DNA from: Eledone cirrhosa
Lineage: Eukaryota
Reading direction: 5' to 3'
Assembly (NCBI GenBank): GCA_964016885.1
Contig: OZ024743.1
Coordinates: 15,128,001-15,192,000, forward strand
Length of the DNA stretch: 64,000 bases
Under the pieces are notes generated by a model. The model was given only the letters and a program-made list of their open reading frames with translations. It was not told the origin of the DNA and made no database searches. This document shows positions 14,226-27,761 of this stretch, in pieces. The position numbers were made by a program, and so were the translations under genes. Positions within the stretch are counted from its first letter, which is position 1, and every line of letters starts with the position of its first letter.

Positions 14226-14526
14226 ATATATATATTAGAAAGTGAGGTACTTTTTACAAAATGAAAAATAACCGAGGTGTCCTACACGAGTGAAAGTATA
14301 AAGAAAAAGAGATGAAATATATATATTTTTAAAAAAAATAAGACTCCAGTTGCATTTTCGATTTCATCTCTTTTTCTATATATATATATATATAATAAAG
14401 ACTTTTGATGTATTGAAGGCTTCTTTGGTTTATTTTCATAATTCTTCAGCTCTGTTTAATTACATTGATGTCATTTCTATAATACGAAGAGGGTGTTTAA
14501 CTCCAACACACTCTAGTATTTTAATT

Positions 14527-14643
<117 letters not shown>

Positions 14644-15207
14644 ATTATTACATTTAAAAGGTAAAACTACATTCATGTATACTTATTAAAATTATTTTTC
14701 ACAATAATCTATTTGATTTTGCCGTTCATAATTAGATCAATATTTGTGCTGTCATTATTGATGAAATGGGTACAGTACTAGTAATAATAACAAAGGATAA
14801 CACATCTCATTAGTGGGTAAACCAATGCCGTTCAACTCTGGAGATAACTGACTGTCTAATCCAAAACAATAAAGTTTAAAATTCACATCCAAAATTGTGC
14901 AAAATTTATTAATATTTACTATGTATAACTTATCTTTTATAAATAGCCATCGTAGTCGGTGTTCTAATATCATTACTATCCTGTAAACAGCATCAGACAG
15001 ATTCTGTCATCCCATTTCCAATAAAAATGAGAAATAATACAAATGTTTAGTCAGACTGGATTTAATGAAAAGACTATGATTCATAAATAGGAAAAACAAC
15101 TTACAATTGCAGAATTTAGCAACACCTAAAGCAAGTGAACTGATAGTCCTCGAAACTTACAAGGCAAAGAAGAGGCTTGGTTTTAATAATCATTATTTGT
15201 AAATAAA

Positions 15208-15595
15208 GGGCGGTAGATTGGCAGTATCGGTAGAGGGTGGACGCCATGCTTTCCAGCATAGTTACGTCCCTTTACGATCTGAGTTCAAATGTCGCCGAGG
15301 TTGACTTTGCCTTTCATCTTTACGGGGTCGATAAAATAAAGTACCAGTAATGCATTGGGTAATTGCTGGCCTTGTGCCTAAAGTAGAAACAATTATTTGT
15401 AAATAAAGGGATTGGCAGTATCGGTAGAGAGTCGGACACCATGCTTTGACGCATAGAGTTACGGCCCTTGCTATTCTGAGTTCAAATCCCGCCGAGGTTA
15501 ACTTTGCCTTTCATCCTTACGGGGTCGATAAAATAAAGTACCAGTAATGCACTGGGTAATTGCTGGGCTTGTTCTAAAAAGTAGAAACAATTATT
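15208..15595 (+). mobile_element. Tandem pair of tRNA-derived SINEs (MetaSINE-like)
   Basis: A-box-like TGGCAGTATCGG, B-box GAGTTCAAAT, core GCCTTTCATCCTTACGGGGTCGATAAAATAAAGTACCAGT, in two head-to-tail copies. Confidence 0.85.
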
Positions 15596-15639
15596 TGTAA
15601 ATAAAATGGGAAAGGCATAAATAGTTGAAGTCAAACAAA

Positions 15640-17880
15640 TTATGTTAAATGTAACAACTGCATTTCATGATTTTGCATTTCAAAATGGCTTGTAGTAATT
15701 GTTCGCACTGTATGTGGTTAGATTTCCGATTTCGCCAAGTTGAAATGTGCTTTCCATCCTTTTGGCATCGGCGAAATAAACTGTTATTCGAATACTGGGA
15801 AAGGTTTCATCGATTAGCATGTTTTCCGAAAGATCCGGCTTTCTATGTTAGAAATCTTGGTTAGTCTATTCAAAATATGGCCAAACATAGAATTCTCACA
15901 GGAACAGTAGGAAAGTCATCAGATGTATCAACTCATGAGCTGTCAAGATCATCCGATACAGTGCAGATATGTTTAAATGGATCACTGATGAATTATATTC
16001 TATTGATACGAAAAAAATCAAAATCACAAGTAGGAAAATGACAAATCAGTGTAGAAGTTACTGTGTAAATGGAGAAACATTGTTTGTAAATATCCGTGGC
16101 TGCAAGAAAGGAAACCAGAGAAGATAAGATAGTGAGAACAACTAACTCTGCAAAATTAATAGAATACATGGTAAAAAATAAAGAGTCACAGAATTTTCTT
16201 TTGAAATAGTACATTTTTAAGCCATCCTATCTGCTACTGGTCATAGACAGAGAATGTAAGTCGTGGAAGGCATTATAATGGCAGTCCAAGTAAGTGAAGT
16301 CAGAATCTTTGCGTTTTTTCCCGGGATAGATAGCAGATTTATCGCTCAATAATGTGAACGACCTGACATTGACTGTACAAGGTGAGGATGACTGCATCTG
16401 AGATAAGTTGTGGTAGATAGCCCTACTCCCAGCATCAGACTAGGAGATCGTAGAGTTTTCCATGTAACTTGGGAGCCGATGCTTCTAAATCCCATTTAGA
16501 ATCACCTGCTGCCTTGCCACTCGAGGCGGAACGACGCATTCTACTCGGAAGAAGATGGCCTAGCTAAATGAGTCTGATGGGTGGATTTAATATTCACCAA
16601 CCATTCTTGAATTTTCAACTTGTTTTTGGCAAACCAGTTTTGTTTCAATTCGAGGTGAACGCAAAAACCTCCTCACGTATCTGTAAAATGGCACCAGCTT
16701 TGAGTTGCTCCCAATGCGATTCGGGAGGACTTATGGAGACGCTTGCATTTTCTAGCCTCGACTGAAGTGTTGCATGCATAGAAGCTATGTTTCACTTCAG
16801 CTGTCTAGAAACAGCCAATCTTGGCGGTTCTCAATTTCTTTTGTTTGGTTTGGGTTTAAAGTATATCTGGGGTTTGATTGAAACGAGATGATGGCCGGTG
16901 AAATTGTATACTGGGCATCAGTTTGGTATGCAATACGGCTATTAGGTCAGGATGGGTACTAGAATAAAATTATTAGGTACCACTATTTGACCTAAGGATG
17001 CCTCCAGGTTTGTTTCAAACGCTCTTTCTGTTGTAATATGGTGATTGTGATGACGCGTTGATTCTCTGGGTAGAAAGTCAACAGAAAGTACACTTTGCTG
17101 TTGCAGTTACAACGACATGTCATCCAGGTATTCCCTCCCAGGTTACAGGATCTCAGCCTCTACTGGTATTGAGAGCACCAAGGTACATAACATTGTCGTT
17201 TGCAGGGATGCTTTGTAGGAGGCTGCGTAGAATGAGAGTAAAACGTTTGCCTGCCTGCATGATCTGCTGGACGAGTTAGGGTGCACATACTAAAAAACTG
17301 GGCGTATTGCTGATTGCACAATGGGAGGCGTATATAGATGATGTTGTCAGAATGACCTATTGGCATGTTTGAATCTTGAAAGCGATAGAGTTCTAGCCAT
17401 GAAGACTAAGTCGGAAGAGTGTCTCTCTCCTGTTGGTTTGCCTGTGTAATAGAGAGTGTATCCTGCGCCTGCTCTAGTAAGCTGTTATCCTCTGAGAGCA
17501 CCGATGTCAATATTCAGCCGTGAAAGCTTGTGTGCAATTAGAGTGGAGCTTCATTCTGAAGTTCTACTTGTGGTTGAGTCTAGCAGGGTTCTAATTTTGT
17601 TATTTGACACCCATGCATATTAGTGTATACCTTTTCTTCCTTGGTGTTGTTCAACAGCGTGTGATGCCCGTTGGCCGCGGTTTGCCAAATGGCGGTGTAG
17701 GAGATGAGTTTTGATTAGGCCACGTTTCTAGGCCCCTTTCCATATGGAGCGAGCAATGTTTTCCTTAGATAAGCCTGCTTAGCCATTCTGGGTGTAATGA
17801 ATGGTGTTGTCTTCCTGAGGTCAACATCAGACGACCAATATCCTGAAACGCCTGCTTGCTGGAATGGTGCTCATAGGATT
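15640..17880 (-). mobile_element. Decayed RTE-like LINE (5' UTR, AP endonuclease, start of RT), probably interrupted by another LINE fragment at ~15870-16430
   Basis: Minus-strand remnants RLNIDIG.., GAGYTLYYTGKP, ..YAPT.. and TWM..HVV, with many stops and frameshifts. Confidence 0.6.
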
Positions 17881-20800
17881 GTTGGGTAAACGTAATTTTA
17901 TAACTTTCCTGCAAATTAATAACTACATAAAATAGACACAAACATACCTATGTACACCTACAGGATCATAGATATACAAATATATTGGCTGAAATAAATA
18001 AAATACACGCAAACACACATTCATTCGAGCACCGCTCTCACTCACACACTCTCTGCCCCGTTCTCTCTCTTTCTTATTCTCTGTATCTCTCTCGCTTTAC
18101 TTTTCTCTTTCAATCAAACATTTATGCTTACACAGCCTTAGACTGAAATCATTCACCTTTAACTTGACTCTAAATATAGAGTGAAGAGAATCTATATAAA
18201 ACAATCAATACTTGCCTACAGTTTTATGAAGGTGGGATAAAAACACACATATGTTAGAAGACGGAGTCTGACTCTGAGACCGACACATACAAACTCTCAC
18301 ATACTCTCAATTTCACAACTGATATGGTGTATGTGAGTGGCAATAAGATAGTGTTTTATAAACAAACCTATTGTTCTGAACTATCGCGTCATGTATTCTA
18401 ATATTTCTTCTATTTTATACTTTCGCAGTTTTCTTTGAAAACATTTAACAGATCTTTTAATACTCTCATAACTATTAGCAAATAACAAGTACATAAACAT
18501 CTAAAAACCTCCAATAAATAAATAGATAAATATAATTAAAAGAGAACGTTCAATAAAGAAAAGTAAAGAATTATAATTCTTCACACTGTTTCGCAAAACA
18601 AAGGAAGAGAAAATAGTTATAAAATACCGTGAAAAAATAAAACATTATAAAAACAATTACAATTTATGGTTTACTCCACCATAAAGCTATGTCAGTTATA
18701 TTTGTAGATCAAAAGTTAATATCATATCTTGTTAAGTTCAAACTGAATATTTTCACAAGCAATAAACCTGCCTTGCTCAGTGAATACACAAACAGTCTAT
18801 GATTAATTTCAATACACTTTATTTTCTCTACTACCTTCAATTGAGCAACTGCAGTTACTTACATCTACCTTCACTGCATGTACAACAAAACCAAAATCAG
18901 AGACGAGACGGAATGATTTTCTATGAAGAGAGACATATGCAAAAGTCTCTATGTATGCAGAACCAGGCTAATTTTGTGAAAACTATTAATTCCGCTTCAG
19001 TGATTGTGTATGGAAACCATTGGCTCTATACCATACTGCTTTCAACGTTTATAAATTTGGGGATGTTTAAGATTCAAACAATACTCGAAATACGATATCG
19101 AATACATTTTAGCGTAAAGCAAATTAAAATAATCAAATTAAATGGCAACTGTAGATTTTGGACACTTTCTTCATGTTTGTCGGATCTAATTATTAGACTC
19201 GCCAATTTTTTCTCCATTTCATTACAATGGCTTACATTAATTTAGCTTAATTAAAGTTGCTCATAAATACGAGTGGTTGAACGAATCAGAATGTAGCCGA
19301 TACATTATAGACAATGTAATGATTACTGTCTGTATTAAATCAAAGCGTAATTTCGAAACAGTGAAGAACATTTTACACTGCACAGTTATTTACATATGTG
19401 CTTTTAAGCAAATCCGAAGCACAAACTTTATAATATACTGAATATCTAAATTAGAACACGAAAACAATTATAATTAACATTGTATGTAAACGTGTGCTTG
19501 CTTGTGTCATTTTGATGTTTATCTTCAGCAATTATTTTAACTTTATTCTCTCCTGACACCAATCGGGCTATGTGTAAAGATTTGATTGCGTCTGTCTGTG
19601 TGTGTAGGTTGGGATTGTCCTATAAATCAAATTATTTCCTTAGAAGAGTTTCTTTGCTGCATTCATTAGTATTGCGGTTTTCCAAAATTTAGATATAGCT
19701 TGAGACATTCAAGCCTCGCAGAAACAATTCATCCTTTTATCCAGGAAACCTTTCTTCTTGCAGTTTTACGAGGACGTGCTTCTGTATGCCCAAAACTCTA
19801 ATAGTTAATCACTTTAGATTTATCATTCAAATGTGCAATTAGTTTCATAAAACACCAACAATCAAATTGTCTGGAACGGAATAGAGTTGAACATGCCTGT
19901 ATGATGATTGTAATAGTGATCTCCAACAAACACTGAGGACCTTACGCCTCGAACATTCCATAAGATCATTTATAGAATGCTTTCAACTCTTTTAAAATGC
20001 ATACACAATTTGATGCCAAATAATATACGTAAGATCGGCATGTATGTCTGCGTAAGACGTTACAGATCACAGAGGGCTTTAAAACTAATACTGCTTCAAA
20101 TATTAGCGCTAAATAAGTTATATGTTGTCGTTATAGAACTGATATTCTCCTGGAAGTTTGCTTTCCAAATCTCTGATAAGCTTTGTGCGTTTGTGCGTTA
20201 ATCATGGTGTTTTACTGCATCGCAAAACGCTCGTCGATATAGACTAAAATGATACCTAATTTATTGACGAAAACCATGAATAGAAATCGATTGAACATTG
20301 ATACAGTAATTATCATTGAACTGTATTTTAATCTAAAAGCAAATGATCTGTGTTTTAATAGTTGTTATTCAGTTAGCACACATTTTCAACAAGCTACATA
20401 TACCATTCTCGCGTAATCCAGATTATGTAATGGAAATAATCTGAAAGATCATTTAGGAGGGAACGCTCATGATTATAATGTGTTCAGAACTATAATAACA
20501 CTTGATAGTAGATACAATAAGCTTGAAATAAAATATAGTTATTGACACAGCCGGACCCGTTTGCCTATAGATTTACTCGAAATCCTACTCTTCTAAATAT
20601 CAACTTCAACTAGAAAACTGGTGCAACACAATCATCATTTAAATGTTTCTCCTTGTAAACTAAACATCGTTGAATTTATGTGTGATAAATTCAATGTTGT
20701 TGCATGTGGATCTACCAGTCATTGGTCAATTCAATGCTGAAATATATGAACACATCATCCTGAATTGAAACGAAATATTTCTCCTAGATTAGCGAATGAT

Positions 20801-21784
20801 CACGTTAGCATTAATCTAATATATGTAAAACATCATAACCAATCACAACGAATTAATTTCGAACTGAATATTTATGTATATTCGAACTGAATAATTCAAA
20901 GATATATGCTAATGTCATCCGGAACACTGGTTGCTAATTTTCATCACCATATAATGCATATCATAAGTGAATATTTAGAATTGGTTTTGCCTGTATTATA
21001 CTTTTATACATATTGTGTACAGTCAATATTGTCTAATATATATAATATAACTTATTTTAATCCTAAAGGATTTATATTATAAAACAATACTTTATATTTA
21101 TCTTCTTCTCATAAAATGTACAGAACACTCCTCTTTCATTACCCATGTCACTAGGTTCCGGCAACATTTCATAATAGACTGGTCGGAACAAGATACCGTA
21201 TTCCTGTATAGTAAATCTAGCTTCCTCAGTAGAGATCAGACTACAACCAACAACCCACCACGCCTACCAGCTTGGAGAAATTGAGAGAGAATAAAACATC
21301 ATTCTGAAAATAAATTGGGAATACAGGCCGGTAAAATGCTATTAATGTATTTAATCACCATCCACAAAGTAATATCTGGTACTCTGTCAAATATTAAGAT
21401 ATCAATTTATCTCTTTCGGAAAAGAAATTAAGGGTTGTGAAGTGGCTTGTCTTTTCTTATCTATTATCTCCTTAGATGAAGACAGTACCAGCCAAGAGAA
21501 AATGAGCTGACCTACAATGTGTGGACAGAATACATCTAAGAAGTAATGTAATGTAATGTAACTTGGAAACTTGAACATAATTAACAATCTTTTACTGAAG
21601 TGGAGTTACTGAACATATTTCATCTTATAGTGTTGATGGATAAATCATATAAGATTTACGTAGAAAATTGATCACCATAGCAACTGCAAGAATTTGTATT
21701 CAAAGTAGTATATACATAGTCATTTATACATATATACATATATAAATACATAAACACACATTCACAAATGTATATACATACATA

Positions 21785-21873
<89 letters not shown>

Positions 21874-21938
21874 TAACATAACAGATTAAAGTTTAAGCAA
21901 AGAATCGCTGCTTTCACCCTTAACGTGATCTTCTGACA

Positions 21939-21982
<44 letters not shown>

Positions 21983-21997
21983 AATATGTATATACAC

Positions 21998-22608
21998 ATG
22001 GTGGCTGCCAACTCGTTTTCGAGTACGGCCACTACTTTATATCCATGTAGGAGAACTCCTACCGATACGCTGAACGAGTGTGACTTTTTAGTCCAGCCAG
22101 CGACTTGAAAGCTCTGGTACAAACACTACACTTGTGACAATTATTGACACATAGTGCTGGGCCCAGGGTACCATGTGAAGACAAGTGCAGAGACATCTCC
22201 AGATATAAAGCAATGCCTGTGCCGTGAAGCTTTTATAGTGAGCAAAGGCACTGCACAAAGCCAGTCCCACTCTCTTAACCCAGATGATATTTACCAAAAA
22301 GAAGAACAAGTGAACATCATTGGATATCATCAGGGTTGCAGGTGTTATATCAGAGTTTTCCTTCTCCTAGAATTCTGCCATGACAATGTCTAAGGGGTCA
22401 TCTCTCCCGTTGGTTTTGGATGGCCATTGACTCTTAAGAGCTCCTTTGCCCTTTGAGAGGTTTTGTTTTTAGTCCTGCAGGATGTCCAAAGTCACCCTCC
22501 TCACCAAGAAACCTTAGTGGGGTTGCCAGTTTAGTCGCCAATGACCCGACCATGAGACAGGTTGTACTGGAATACATGTTACCAGTAGCACCAACTGGTG
22601 ACCTGACA
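21998..22608 (-). mobile_element. Non-coding retroposon (SINE-like, RTE 5'-UTR-like), longest of three copies
   Basis: Same sequence at 27246-27668 and 32098-32468 with one shared end and one variably truncated end. Contains GGAGAAGGAAAACTCTGA. Inserted in (TA)n. Confidence 0.7.
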
Positions 22609-22631
22609 TATATACATATATACATACATAA

Positions 22632-22700
<69 letters not shown>

Positions 22701-23902
22701 AACCAGTAAGACCCCGACAGCTGAGCTCAAGCCGTTTCGACGGCTAATTCTGGACTAAATGAACATTTATCCTGGTATTTAAATAGCCGATCTTCTCAAG
22801 GGGTAATTCCATATATGGTCAAAGTGATTGTCAAAAATCAGTAGTAATTCTGTGGTTGCAAATTAGTAGGGGAGATGGTGGCTAAACCTGCCAGTAGGAG
22901 AAAGAGGGGAGGGGGTGGAGTAGACCCAATCAAGCGTTGGTAGTGCCAGCTACAGCTGGGCATGAGGTCAAAGAAGATACAGGGGAGGGGGAGGGGGAGG
23001 AAGTCGGAACGGTAGGTAGAACAATGGGGGGTAAAAATAGGAAAGAAAAAATACTGAGAGTGAAGAGAAGCAAATAAGTGTAAAGAAAAAATTAAATTCT
23101 ACGACCTAGGTGTCAGGCTATTGTTAGGCGAGAATAAAATAAAGAAAGAAAGAAAGAAGTAAATAAATAAATAAATAAATAAATAAGGAAATAAGTAAAA
23201 GAACTAGGTGGGACGAATTAGGCAAGGACCCTTTTAAGAGGTATAAGTACGTAAATGATACGGTGACTGGTCAACAAAAGGGGCCAAAATACTAAAGAGA
23301 CTACCACGAAATAAACAATAAAGGTTTCCATCCCGGGCCAGCAACGACCCAGTGCAGCAAAGTGAACTTGTACGACATAATAATTCTGAGTCCCGGGAAA
23401 AATATATACTAATGCTAACTCTAAAAGATCTAAAACAAGCTACATGAAAGTTCGTACGAAATAAAGGTAGAATACGGAGAAATAAGTTCAGAATCCACCC
23501 CGCCCAGAAGAAAAGCGAAGCAAGAAATACTGAAACGAAAAAATAAGGCATAAGTGCCACTAAGAAATATAGAGGGCACAGAGGATAGTGGGAGCGGTCG
23601 GAAAAGGGGGGCAAGTATCCGGGGTCTAAGCCAACTGCTATAAAGGGCGGAGTCCGCCAAATCTATCAAAGACTAGGGGAGGGGGGAGTGGGGGTACTAA
23701 GGCTACATGGGGCCAAAGGGCAGCCTCGGGTGGGCGAGAAAAGACGCCGACAAAGGAGAAGAGCTGGGGTAGAAGGACAAAGGAGAGAGGGGGGAAGGAA
23801 ATAAAGGATGCGATAAAAGAATACAAAGAAGATCTTACGTCTTCCTTGGCAAGCAGGGGTTACCCATTGCAAAATCGGCAACTGGGGTGTTATAGCCCTA
23901 GT

Positions 23903-25045
23903 CTACCCCCCCCCCGGGTCATTATGGGGTTTGAGGGCGAGGTAAGTCCTACGCAATCTATGTTTACATGCAGTAACCAGTTCATCTTTCTTGTTTAGGA
24001 GTTGGTCCGTCGAAAACAGCATTTGTAAAGTTTCCTCCGAGCATAAATTGCACGGACGGCGTCCTCCCGTGTAAGAATTGGCTCTGGACAGTAATCTCCA
24101 AGTGAGATCATAGGTGATGTTGTTGTCCTTGAGGTCCCATATGTGGCCCGAAAGTGTAGTGGCGTGACGCCGGGCCGGGTTTCGGAAGGTATGTCTATGT
24201 TGGTATAGCCGGGTCTTGAAGTCACATGCGGTAAGTCCTATATAGGCTTTGTTGGAGGTATCCGTCCTCACGTTGCACTGGTAGATCACATTACGGTCTC
24301 TGCATCTATTGTCGAGTGGGCAAATAGATCTATCCGGGCAGTTACACCTCCTGGTCGGTTCTCCACTGCTATTTAGGTTATTTCTGCCATCGGGGTTGAG
24401 TTTTTTGTTGTTAGAGGAGACGATGTTTTGTGCGAAGTTTGGTGTAGTGCTGTAAGAGAGTTTGATGGTATTTTTGTTAATTATGTTGTGGTAGCGGTGT
24501 TGTAATGGGAAGTGTTTTTCAATGAGCCTAAAGAATAGTTTCCCGATGGGAGTAGTCACCTCTGCGTTGTGGGGAGGATTGAACCATGTTACATTGCGTG
24601 AGCGGCGGTGTCTCCTGCTGGTTCCGCTAATGGGATCTGGACAGTAGGATATTTCCTCCCGGAAACCACTCCGCTTGAGGGCCTGGTTGTAATAAGGCGC
24701 ATGTTCATCGAATATCCGCTCATTAGCTGACAAACGGGATATGCGGAGGGAGATGTTTTTGACCAGGTTGTTTGTGATGTTCCTAGGATGGTTTGATCGG
24801 CGGTGGATGTAGTGCAGATTGTCATTAGGTTTCCTGTATGGGTAGTACAGGTCGTTTTCGAGGTCGAGGGTTACGTCCAGGAAGTTTACTCGGGTCAGGG
24901 ACGTTTGTAGGGTTATTTTAAATCCCCAGTCGCGGAAGAATCTGATTAATTGTTTCCGGACCCGATCTGTACTACTGGGGTTGTACCCTTTAAGGGTAAG
25001 GAGCCCATCATCACGGTACAATCCACCACCGAATGCAGGAAACAT
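23903..25045 (-). CDS. 5'-truncated PLE polyprotein: RT C-terminal half plus GIY-YIG endonuclease (Naiad-like)
   Basis: GLYRDDGL, VNFLDVTLDL, PYRKPND, SNHP, WFNPP, CNC..CPLDNRC, VIYQC..YIGLT..FKTR..H, CNLCSEE. Uninterrupted 380 aa. Confidence 0.85.
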   Translation of the reverse strand: MFPAFGGGLYRDDGLLTLKGYNPSSTDRVRKQLIRFFRDWGFKITLQTSLTRVNFLDVTLDLENDLYYPYRKPNDNLHYIHRRSNHPRNITNNLVKNISLRISRLSANERIFDEHAPYYNQALKRSGFREEISYCPDPISGTSRRHRRSRNVTWFNPPHNAEVTTPIGKLFFRLIEKHFPLQHRYHNIINKNTIKLSYSTTPNFAQNIVSSNNKKLNPDGRNNLNSSGEPTRRCNCPDRSICPLDNRCRDRNVIYQCNVRTDTSNKAYIGLTACDFKTRLYQHRHTFRNPARRHATTLSGHIWDLKDNNITYDLTWRLLSRANSYTGGRRPCNLCSEETLQMLFSTDQLLNKKDELVTACKHRLRRTYLALKPHNDPGGG

Positions 25046-25069
25046 ATCAGTGAGTTTGGCTATTAGGAA

Positions 25070-25729
25070 GTGACTACTCCCATCGGGAAACTATTCTTTA
25101 GGCTCATTGAAAAACACTTCCCATTACAACACCGCTACCACAACATAATTAACAAAAATACCATCAAACTCTCTTACAGCACTACACCAAACTTCGCACA
25201 AAACATCGTCTCCTCTAACAACAAAAAACTCAACCCCGATGGCAGAAATAACCTAAATAGCAGTGGAGAACCGACCAGGAGGTGTAACTGCCCGGATAGA
25301 TCTATTTGCCCACTCGACAATAGATGCAGAGACCGTAATGTGATCTACCAGTGCAACGTGAGGACGGATACCTCCAACAAAGCCTATATAGGACTTACCG
25401 CATGTGACTTCAAGACCCGGCTATACCAACATAGACATACCTTCCGAAACCCGGCCCGGCGTCACGCCACTACACTTTCGGGCCACATATGGGACCTCAA
25501 GGACAACAACATCACCTATGATCTCACTTGGAGATTACTGTCCAGAGCCAATTCTTACACGGGAGGACGCCGTCCGTGCAATTTATGCTCGGAGGAAACT
25601 TTACAAATGCTGTTTTCGACGGACCAACTCCTAAACAAGAAAGATGAACTGGTTACTGCATGTAAACATAGATTGCGTAGGACTTACCTCGCCCTCAAAC
25701 CCCATAATGACCCGGGGGGGGTAGACTAG
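25070..25729 (+). CDS. Duplicate C-terminal part (GIY-YIG) of the same PLE ORF, in the inverted arm
   Basis: Protein identical to the C-terminal ~216 aa of 23903-25045 except at a poly-G tract. Confidence 0.8.
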   Translation: MTTPIGKLFFRLIEKHFPLQHRYHNIINKNTIKLSYSTTPNFAQNIVSSNNKKLNPDGRNNLNSSGEPTRRCNCPDRSICPLDNRCRDRNVIYQCNVRTDTSNKAYIGLTACDFKTRLYQHRHTFRNPARRHATTLSGHIWDLKDNNITYDLTWRLLSRANSYTGGRRPCNLCSEETLQMLFSTDQLLNKKDELVTACKHRLRRTYLALKPHNDPGGVD

Positions 25730-26822
25730 GGCTATAACACCCCAGTTGCCGATTTTGCAATGGGTAACCCCTGCTTGCCAAGGAAGACGTAAGATCTTCT
25801 TTGTATTCTTTTATCGCATCCTTTATTTCCTTCCCCCCTCTCTCCTTTGTCCTTCTACCCCAGCTCTTCTCCTTTGTCGGCGTCTTTTCTCGCCCACCCG
25901 AGGCTGCCCTTTGGCCCCATGTAGCCTTAGTACCCCCACTCCCCCCTCCCCTAGTCTTTGATAGATTTGGCGGACTCCGCCCTTTATAGCAGTTGGCTTA
26001 GACCCCGGATACTTGCCCCCCTTTTCCGACCGCTCCCACTATCCTCTGTGCCCTCTATATTTCTTAGTGGCACTTATGCCTTATTTTTTCGTTTCAGTAT
26101 TTCTTGCTTCGCTTTTCTTCTGGGCGGGGTGGATTCTGAACTTATTTCTCCGTATTCTACCTCTATTTCGTACGAACTTTCATGTAGCTTGTTTTAGATC
26201 TTTTAGAGTTAGCATTAGTATATATTTTTCCCGGGACTCAGAATTATTATGTCGTACAAGTTCACTTTGCTGCACTGGGTCGTTGCTGGCCCGGGATGGA
26301 AACCTTTATTGTTTATTTCGTGGTAGTCTCTTTAGTATTTTGGCCCCTTTTGTTGACCAGTCACCGTATCATTTACGTACTTATACCTCTTAAAAGGGTC
26401 CTTGCCTAATTCGTCCCACCTAGTTCTTTTACTTATTTCCTTATTTATTTATTTATTTATTTATTTACTTCTTTCTTTCTTTCTTTATTTTATTCTCGCC
26501 TAACAATAGCCTGACACCTAGGTCGTAGAATTTAATTTTTTCTTTACACTTATTTGCTTCTCTTCACTCTCAGTATTTTTTCTTTCCTATTTTTACCCCC
26601 CATTGTTCTACCTACCGTTCCGACTTCCTCCCCCTCCCCCTCCCCTGTATCTTCTTTGACCTCATGCCCAGCTGTAGCTGGCACTACCAACGCTTGATTG
26701 GGTCTACTCCACCCCCTCCCCTCTTTCTCCTACTGGCAGGTTTAGCCACCATCTCCCCTACTAATTTGCAACCACAGAATTACTACTGATTTTTGACAAT
26801 CACTTTGACCATATATGGAATT

Positions 26823-26916
26823 ACCCCTTGAGAAGATCGGCTATTTAAATACCAGGATAAATGTTCATTTAGTCCAGAATTAGCCGTCGAAACGGCTTGA
26901 GCTCAGCTGTCGGGGT
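26823..26916 (+). ncRNA. Type I hammerhead ribozyme with U3:A8 variant core (mirror copy ~22711-22805, minus strand)
   Basis: ACCCC-TTGAGAA-GA(T)CGGCTA..TAGCCGTC-GAAA-CGGCT/TGAGCTC/AGCTG-TC-GGGGT. Confidence 0.75.
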
Positions 26917-27007
26917 CTTACTGGTTCCTATTACCCACTCTACTACCTCAAGTATTGAGTACTTTGGTGCGTTATGGTCCACCTGGTTCCTTACCACATT
27001 TCCTTCG

Positions 27008-27044
<37 letters not shown>

Positions 27045-27059
27045 CATATATATATATAT

Positions 27060-27102
<43 letters not shown>

Positions 27103-27107
27103 CATGC

Positions 27108-27182
<75 letters not shown>

Positions 27183-27193
27183 GATATATATAT

Positions 27194-27245
<52 letters not shown>

Positions 27246-27249
<4 letters not shown>

Positions 27250-27668
27250 TGGCTGCCAACTCGTTTTCGAGTATAGCCATTACTTTATATCCATGTAGGA
27301 GAACCCCTACCGATGCGCTGAACGAGTGTGACTTTTTAGTTCAGCCAGCGACTTGAAAACTCTACAAAAACTACACTTGTGACAATAATTAACACATAGT
27401 GCTGGGCCCATGCTACCATGTGACGACAAGTGCAGAGATCTCCAGATATAAAGCAATGCCTGTGCCGTGAAGCTTTTATAGTGAGCAAAGGCACTGCACA
27501 AAGCCAGTCCCACTCTCTTAACCAAGATGATATTTACCAAAAAGAAGAACAAGTCAACACCATTGGATACCATCAGGGTTGCAGGTGTTATATCAGAGTT
27601 TTCCTTCTCCTAGAATTCTGCTTTGACAAAGGCTAAGGGGTCATCTCTCCCGGTGATTTTGGATGGCT
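27246..27668 (-). mobile_element. Second copy of the non-coding retroposon at 21998
   Basis: High identity, shared end, truncated at the other end, in (TA)n. Confidence 0.75.
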
Positions 27669-27697
27669 ATATATATGGTATATATATATATATATAT

Positions 27698-27761
<64 letters not shown>

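Larger units (their letters stand above)
22697..27008. mobile_element. Young Naiad-like Penelope element insertion with inverted structure: minus copy 22697-25068, plus copy 25070-26930, ~78-nt tail
   Basis: Near-identical inverted arms 22697-24559 and 25070-26930, intact RT/EN reading frames, (TA)n on both sides. Confidence 0.92.

Noticed and set aside
14700-15060. Possible ancient RT remnants (also ~21150-21640 and ~62500-62960)
   Set aside because: Only vague motif echoes (GLPT..PLLL; YGIS), too decayed to call
18000-21100. Repeat-poor unique region, including the 148-aa ORF at 18799
   Set aside because: No motif or convincing splice/exon signal. A small exon or enhancer cannot be excluded without RNA-seq or conservation data
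22500-22608. HDV-like ribozyme at the start of the 610-bp retroposon (GTCG..CGAC-TAA-ACTGG pairing with CCAGT)
   Set aside because: P4, J4/2 and P2 look plausible, but no acceptable P1/P3/L3 could be built
23903-26930. Selenoprotein (UGA-Sec/SECIS) coding, as described for some Naiad PLEs
   Set aside because: No in-frame TGA in the visible ORF, the conserved positions are Cys, and no SECIS was recognised by eye. The missing 5' part cannot be judged
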